The notes beneath the pieces were generated by a model. That model saw only the letters and a program-made list of their open reading frames with translations. It did no database searches and had not been told where the DNA came from. 32,000 bases of DNA from Delftia acidovorans NBRC 14950 (GTDB lineage: Bacteria > Pseudomonadota > Gammaproteobacteria > Burkholderiales > Burkholderiaceae_C), in assembly GCF_001598795.1 (NCBI RefSeq), contig NZ_BCZP01000004.1:270001-302000 (forward strand), given 5' to 3'. Both the position numbers and the translations under genes were made by a program. Shown here in pieces: positions 25,721-32,000 of the stretch; position 1 is the first letter of the stretch; every line of letters begins with the position of its first letter.

Positions 25721-26488
25721 ATGAAACACATTCCTCGCAAACGCTTCGGCCAGAACTTCCTGACCGATGACGGCATCATCGACGGCATCGTGAGCGCCAT
25801 CGACCCCCGGCCGGGCCAGTCCATGGTCGAGATCGGGCCGGGCCTGATGGCCCTGACCCAGCCCCTGGTCGAACGCCTGGGCCGGCTCACCGTGATCGAG
25901 CTGGACCGCGACCTGGCCGTGCGCCTGCGCCTGCACGAGCAGCTCGACGTGGTCGAGTCCGACGTGCTCAAGGTGGACTTCCGTGCCATTGCCGCGCGCC
26001 TGGGCGTGCCCAAGCTGCGCATTGCGGGCAACCTGCCCTACAACATCTCCAGCCCCATCCTCTTTCACCTGCTCGAGCAGGTGGACGTGGTCGAGGACCA
26101 GCATTTCATGCTGCAAAAGGAGGTCATCGACCGCATGGTGGCGTCGCCCTCCACAGCCGCCTATGGGCGGCTGACGGTCATGCTGCAGTGGCGCTATGCG
26201 ATGGAGAGCGTGCTGTACGTGCCGCCCGAGAGCTTCAATCCGCCGCCCAAGGTGGACAGCGCCGTCGTGCGCATGGTCCCGCGCGAGGCGCCGGCGGCCC
26301 TGGACGCGAAGCTGCTGGAGGAGATGGTGCAGGTGGCCTTCAGCCAGCGGCGCAAGATCCTGCGCAACACGCTGGGGCGCTGGCTTGAAGCCAAGGGCTT
26401 TGACGGGGAATTCGACCTGCAGCGCCGCGCCGAGGAAGTGCCGGTGTCCGAATACGAAGCACTCGCCGCCCGGTTCACGCGCGCCTAG
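25721..26488 (+). CDS. rsmA: 16S rRNA (adenine1518/1519-N6)-dimethyltransferase RsmA/KsgA
   Basis: Internal ATG (residue 40) of ORF 25604..26488 gives [27 protein letters not shown] motif [12 protein letters not shown], and [15 protein letters not shown]. Confidence 0.94.
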   Translation: MKHIPRKRFGQNFLTDDGIIDGIVSAIDPRPGQSMVEIGPGLMALTQPLVERLGRLTVIELDRDLAVRLRLHEQLDVVESDVLKVDFRAIAARLGVPKLRIAGNLPYNISSPILFHLLEQVDVVEDQHFMLQKEVIDRMVASPSTAAYGRLTVMLQWRYAMESVLYVPPESFNPPPKVDSAVVRMVPREAPAALDAKLLEEMVQVAFSQRRKILRNTLGRWLEAKGFDGEFDLQRRAEEVPVSEYEALAARFTRA

Positions 26489-26517
26489 GCACGGCGCCCA
26501 GCGACTGCAGCGCCGAC

Positions 26518-26553
26518 AGAGCCCACAGCGCCCGATTGGGCGCTGTGGGCTCT
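26518..26553. repeat. Perfect 16-bp-stem palindrome between the convergent rsmA and barstar genes
   Basis: AGAGCCCACAGCGCCC-GATT-GGGCGCTGTGGGCTCT. There is no flanking T or A run, so it is either a terminator lacking a U tract or a REP-like element. Seen only once in this window. Confidence 0.6.
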
Positions 26554-26573
26554 GGGCAATCAATGTCCTGCGC

Positions 26574-26999
26574 TTACAGGAACGAGTAGAAGCAGCGGAA
26601 CGGAATCTTGCGCTCGGCCCAGTACTCGGCCGCGTCGCGGAAGCTGTCCAGCAGTTGCTCGCGCACTTCCTTGTCGAACTTGGGCGTGGTCGGGATCTGG
26701 TCGAGCACGAGCACAAAGCCCGGCTGCGGGCCGGCCTTGTGGATGGGGTCGGTCAGGCAGTCGTAGAGCGCGTCGAAGTTCTTGCCGAAATGCGCGGGGA
26801 AGAAGAACTGCGTGGCCAGCAGTTCCAGGATGTCGGCCTTGGTCTGCGCATGGGCCAGGTTGGCATACAGAAAATGGCACCCCAGCGTCTCGGCCGCCTG
26901 TTGCAGATCCTCCACCCTGTAGGCGCGGATCGACTGCACGATGTTGGCGCGCACGTTCCGCAAAGGGGTGTCGGGGATCTTACGAAGTGGTGCATCCAT
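26574..26999 (-). CDS. Barstar-family ribonuclease inhibitor
   Basis: Barstar signature LATQFFFPAHFGKNFDALYDCLTD. Start chosen at MDAPLRKIPDT (residue 52 of ORF 26574..27152) because the upstream 51 codons contain many rare A/T-ending codons. The full ORF, overlapping the RNase stop via ATGA, is the alternative. Confidence 0.85.
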   Translation of the reverse strand: MDAPLRKIPDTPLRNVRANIVQSIRAYRVEDLQQAAETLGCHFLYANLAHAQTKADILELLATQFFFPAHFGKNFDALYDCLTDPIHKAGPQPGFVLVLDQIPTTPKFDKEVREQLLDSFRDAAEYWAERKIPFRCFYSFL

Positions 27000-27148
27000 C
27001 TCCGTGGCTCTTTCTCTAACGTGGATGTGGCCTGCGGGGACGGGCTCATGGCCTTCGGCATCCCTGGGCTGTGGATGAAATGCAGACCCCTGCCAGCGCA
27101 CTGCGTCGGACACGGAGGGTCGAACTGGCTGTAGAGACTGGGTCGAGG

Positions 27149-27568
27149 TCATTCGATGATCTTGCGAAAGCTGCTGTAGTGGTCGCTGGTGTAGTAGCAG
27201 GCATCGGGCTGCTGGGGCTCTCCGCCGCAGACGATGCGGCGGGCCCCACGGTCACGCGAACCGGGCGTGCGCACCGTGTACTCACGGTAATAGCCGCGCG
27301 ACTGGCGCGGCAGGATGCGCTCGCGGTTGCCGAACACTGTGCCGTCCTTGTCGTGGGCAAAAGGCCCGCCGCGCAGGATCAGCGTATACGTGGAACGGCC
27401 TTCGCGCGGCAACTCGGACAGGGTGACGGTGGCCACGGCCGCTGTCGTCTCCACGCTCTCGGGCGCCGAGCGGCGCGCATCAGCGAGCGAGGGCGACAGC
27501 ACAAAGGCGGCCCCGACGATGAGCGCTAGACCGGACTGGTACGCCTTGGCGGCGGCTGCCTTCAGCAT
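27149..27568 (-). CDS. Secreted guanyl-specific ribonuclease (RNase Sa/barnase, microbial N1/T1 family)
   Basis: Signal peptide MLKAAAAKAYQSGLALIVGAAFVLSPSLADA. The mature part aligns by eye with RNase Sa: LSELPREGRSTYTLILRGGPFAHDKDGTVFGNRERILPRQSRGYYREYTVRTPGSRDRGARRIVCGG...YYTSDHYSSF. The catalytic E of EYTV, the R of RRI and the H of DHY are all present. Confidence 0.9.
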   Translation of the reverse strand: MLKAAAAKAYQSGLALIVGAAFVLSPSLADARRSAPESVETTAAVATVTLSELPREGRSTYTLILRGGPFAHDKDGTVFGNRERILPRQSRGYYREYTVRTPGSRDRGARRIVCGGEPQQPDACYYTSDHYSSFRKIIE

Positions 27569-27702
27569 CAACTACACCTTTCAGAAATCCAGGGAAGCCC
27601 TGAAATCTCGACCCGCTAGTGTGACGGAACACCCCTCAAAATGCAAGTTCTGCCCAAAAAACAGGCAGCTTGACCAAGGAAATGTCTGGGGATTGAACAG
27701 TG

Positions 27703-27733
27703 AGAAGGCAACTCTGCGCCTGAGTTGCCTTCT
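27703..27733 (-). terminator. Strong hairpin downstream of maeB (possible terminator)
   Basis: GAAGGCAACTC-TGCGCCT-GAGTTGCCTTC, an 11-12 bp perfect stem ~150 nt downstream of the maeB stop on the minus strand. The U tract is weak. Confidence 0.4.
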
Positions 27734-27877
27734 ATTCAATGCAAATGCCGCCCGTTGCCTCAAAAACGCGCGCGGCCAAAACGAGGGACACCGAGCAAGG
27801 GCCGCCCCGCAGCGAGGGTGTCGTCCCCCTCCCGCGAAGCGAGAGAGGGGGAAGCGGCGAAGCCGCTCAGGGGGTGC

Positions 27878-30187
<2,310 letters not shown>

Positions 30188-30395
30188 CAAGCGTCTCCAG
30201 CGAAGGCATGGCCAACGCACGCGCGGATCAGCCCGCGTGCCGTCGGCCGAGGTAGGGGGGAACCGATTGTAGGCCGACAGGCAATAGCCGGGCCCTGCTG
30301 TGAAACTGTTGTGATGCCTGGTTGCCCAATGCCCCGCAGCGGCGGCGGTCTTTGCTTGCGCGCCGCCGCAAAGCCGGGCAATCACCTGGCATCCA

Positions 30396-31862
30396 TCAGA
30401 TGGCGTCCAGCGGAAACACCGGGCGGCTGACCCGGGCGAACGGAAAGCGCGAATAGTCCGAGGTGGTCACGCCGGGGCTGTCGCACTCGACCAGGCCGGC
30501 GGACAGCGGCACGAAGACGGGTCGGCAGTACATGCGCGACTTGAGCAGCACGAAGCGAAAGCGCGTCGGGTCCATGCCCACGCAGTGGAACACGCCCAGG
30601 TCCCAGGGCTCGTGCGTCTGCTCGGTGATCACGATCTGCGCTGCGCCCGTGTCCAGGCAGACCGTGCGGCCCATGTGGCAGCGCTGGCCCGTGTAGATGG
30701 GGCCGCTGACCGTGTATGCGCCGTCGCTGACGGCGCGCACCGTGCCGCGCAGCCGCATCGGCTGCTTGTGCAGGCCGATGCGTTCCAGCGAGACCTTGTT
30801 GCCCAGCGCGATCTCCACCTCGGCGCCTTCGCCGGCCGCCGTGAGCGAGGCCACGGCTTCGGGGTCGCACAGCGGGCCCACGGCAATGCCTGACAGGCCC
30901 AGCTCCAGCGCGGTCTGCAGCACGTCCATGGTGTCGCAGGTGCCGCCGGACATGCAGTTGTCGCCATGGTCGAGCAGCAGCACGGGGCGGTCGGCGCCTT
31001 CGGCCAGGGCCTGGGCGCGGCGCAGCGAATCGGCCAGCGGCTCGCTGCGGTAGATGAAGTCGGCCCGGCGCTGCCAGATCCGGGCGGCCAGCGCGTCCAC
31101 GCTCGCCTGGGTGGCCGCGCGCTCATCGGTCCTGCAGGTGGCGACCACGCTCACGCAGGGCGCGGCGATGTCGGCCAGCGAGAAGCCGCCGAACACCGAG
31201 ACCGCCGGCAGGCCCTCCGCTTCCAGGGCGCGCGCTGCGTTCACGGCGTCCAGCATGGGGCCGTCCAGCGTGGTGCTGCGCAGCGTGTGGCTCATCAGGG
31301 GCAGGCGGTGCCAGCACACGGCGTAGCGCGCGCGGCCGGCCAGCATGTCCAGCAGCAGCCGGCCCGCGTGCTCGCCGGTCTCGTACATGTCGATGTGCGG
31401 GTAGGTCTTGAAGCCCACCATCACGTCGGCATTTCCCACCATTTTTTCGGTGATGTTGCCGTGCAGGTCCAGCGCCACGCCAACGGGCACGCCGGGTGCG
31501 GCGGCGCGCACGCGTTCGAGCAGGTCGCCTTCGCCGTCGGCGCTGTTCTCGGCCACCATGGCGCCGTGCAGGTCCAGCAAGATGGCATCGCAGCCCGGCG
31601 CGGCCGCCACGATGCGGCGCGTGAGTTCGTCGTAGGCGGCCGCATGCACGGGGCCGCTGGGATTGGATGTGGCCGATACCGGCGTGACCAGGGTGGCGCC
31701 CGCCGCCTCGGCCAGGTCGATGAAGGCGGCCATGGCCGTGCGCATGCCCTTGTTGGCCGAATAGGCGGCCTCGCCATAGGTGGGCGCAAAGGCCTCGATG
31801 GGCGTGGGCACGGGCGAGAAGGTATTGGTCTCGTGGTTGAGCCGGGCAATCAGGATCTTCAT
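30396..31862 (-). CDS. M81-family metallopeptidase, MlrC-like (DUF1485 plus MlrC C-terminal domain)
   Basis: MKILIARLNHETNTFSP is the characteristic N-terminus of the family. 488 aa. ATGA overlap with the upstream amidohydrolase gene. Confidence 0.85.
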   Translation of the reverse strand: MKILIARLNHETNTFSPVPTPIEAFAPTYGEAAYSANKGMRTAMAAFIDLAEAAGATLVTPVSATSNPSGPVHAAAYDELTRRIVAAAPGCDAILLDLHGAMVAENSADGEGDLLERVRAAAPGVPVGVALDLHGNITEKMVGNADVMVGFKTYPHIDMYETGEHAGRLLLDMLAGRARYAVCWHRLPLMSHTLRSTTLDGPMLDAVNAARALEAEGLPAVSVFGGFSLADIAAPCVSVVATCRTDERAATQASVDALAARIWQRRADFIYRSEPLADSLRRAQALAEGADRPVLLLDHGDNCMSGGTCDTMDVLQTALELGLSGIAVGPLCDPEAVASLTAAGEGAEVEIALGNKVSLERIGLHKQPMRLRGTVRAVSDGAYTVSGPIYTGQRCHMGRTVCLDTGAAQIVITEQTHEPWDLGVFHCVGMDPTRFRFVLLKSRMYCRPVFVPLSAGLVECDSPGVTTSDYSRFPFARVSRPVFPLDAI

Positions 31863-32000
31863 GCCGGCACCCCGCCGTCCGCTGCCTGCACCACGCCCGC
31901 GGCCGCCAGCATGGCGCGCAGCAGCACGTTGCAGCCGGCCTCCAGGTGGGCGGGCTCGGCGTCCTCGATCTCGTTGTGGCTGATGCCGTCGGCGCAGGGC
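31859..32000 (-). CDS. C-terminal fragment of an M20-family Zn-dependent amidohydrolase (allantoate amidohydrolase / N-carbamoyl-L-amino-acid hydrolase type)
   Basis: My reverse-strand translation gives PCADGISHNEIEDAEPAHLEAGCNVLLRAMLAAAGVVQAADGGVPA*. The PCxxGxSHNxxE block is typical of the AmaB/AllC C-terminus. The 5' part lies outside the window. Confidence 0.65.
   Translation of the reverse strand, partial: PCADGISHNEIEDAEPAHLEAGCNVLLRAMLAAAGVVQAADGGVPA

Noticed and set aside
27000-27152. 51-codon N-terminal extension of the barstar ORF, overlapping the RNase stop codon.
   Set aside because: It is rich in codons that are rare elsewhere in the window and has no resemblance to barstar. 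I kept it only as an alternative start, discussed in the RNase/barstar finding.

Overview
This is a visibly high-GC, densely coding chromosomal segment. Gene content and order look betaproteobacterial (Burkholderiales/Comamonadaceae-like); that assignment is inference. It begins at the replication-initiator locus with dnaA (minus strand, partial) divergent from rpmH-rnpA-yidD-yidC-mnmE. Downstream, in order:
- a stand-alone cNMP-binding-domain protein plus an unknown protein, then apt
- kdsD-kdsC-lptC, then an SDR
- two tandem RRM/glycine-rich RNA-binding protein genes in a lower-GC block
- a yybP-ykoY (Mn2+) riboswitch candidate in front of a UPF0016/GDT1-family transporter
- metX-metW and a lipoprotein glycerophosphodiester phosphodiesterase
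- a MerR-NAD(P)H quinone reductase pair, divergent from an M20 peptidase and an alpha/beta hydrolase
- rsmE, and an AmgK-like kinase divergent from lptD-surA-rsmA (no pdxA)
- a secreted RNase Sa/barnase-type ribonuclease with its barstar inhibitor
- maeB, an MlrC-like M81 peptidase, and the tail of an M20 amidohydrolase

I found no rRNA, tRNA, CRISPR array, transposase, integrase or phage genes. Most long ORFs in the track that lie opposite these genes are high-GC antisense shadows.

I do not see a clear novel multi-gene system. The most unusual loci are:
- the low-GC block with the tandem RRM genes and their long leaders
- the RNase/barstar cassette wedged between housekeeping genes
- the cNMP-binding plus unknown-protein pair
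- the terminator-containing metX leader

Coordinates of internal start codons were derived by counting residues from the supplied ORF track. No database searches were possible, so family calls rest on motifs I recognise.
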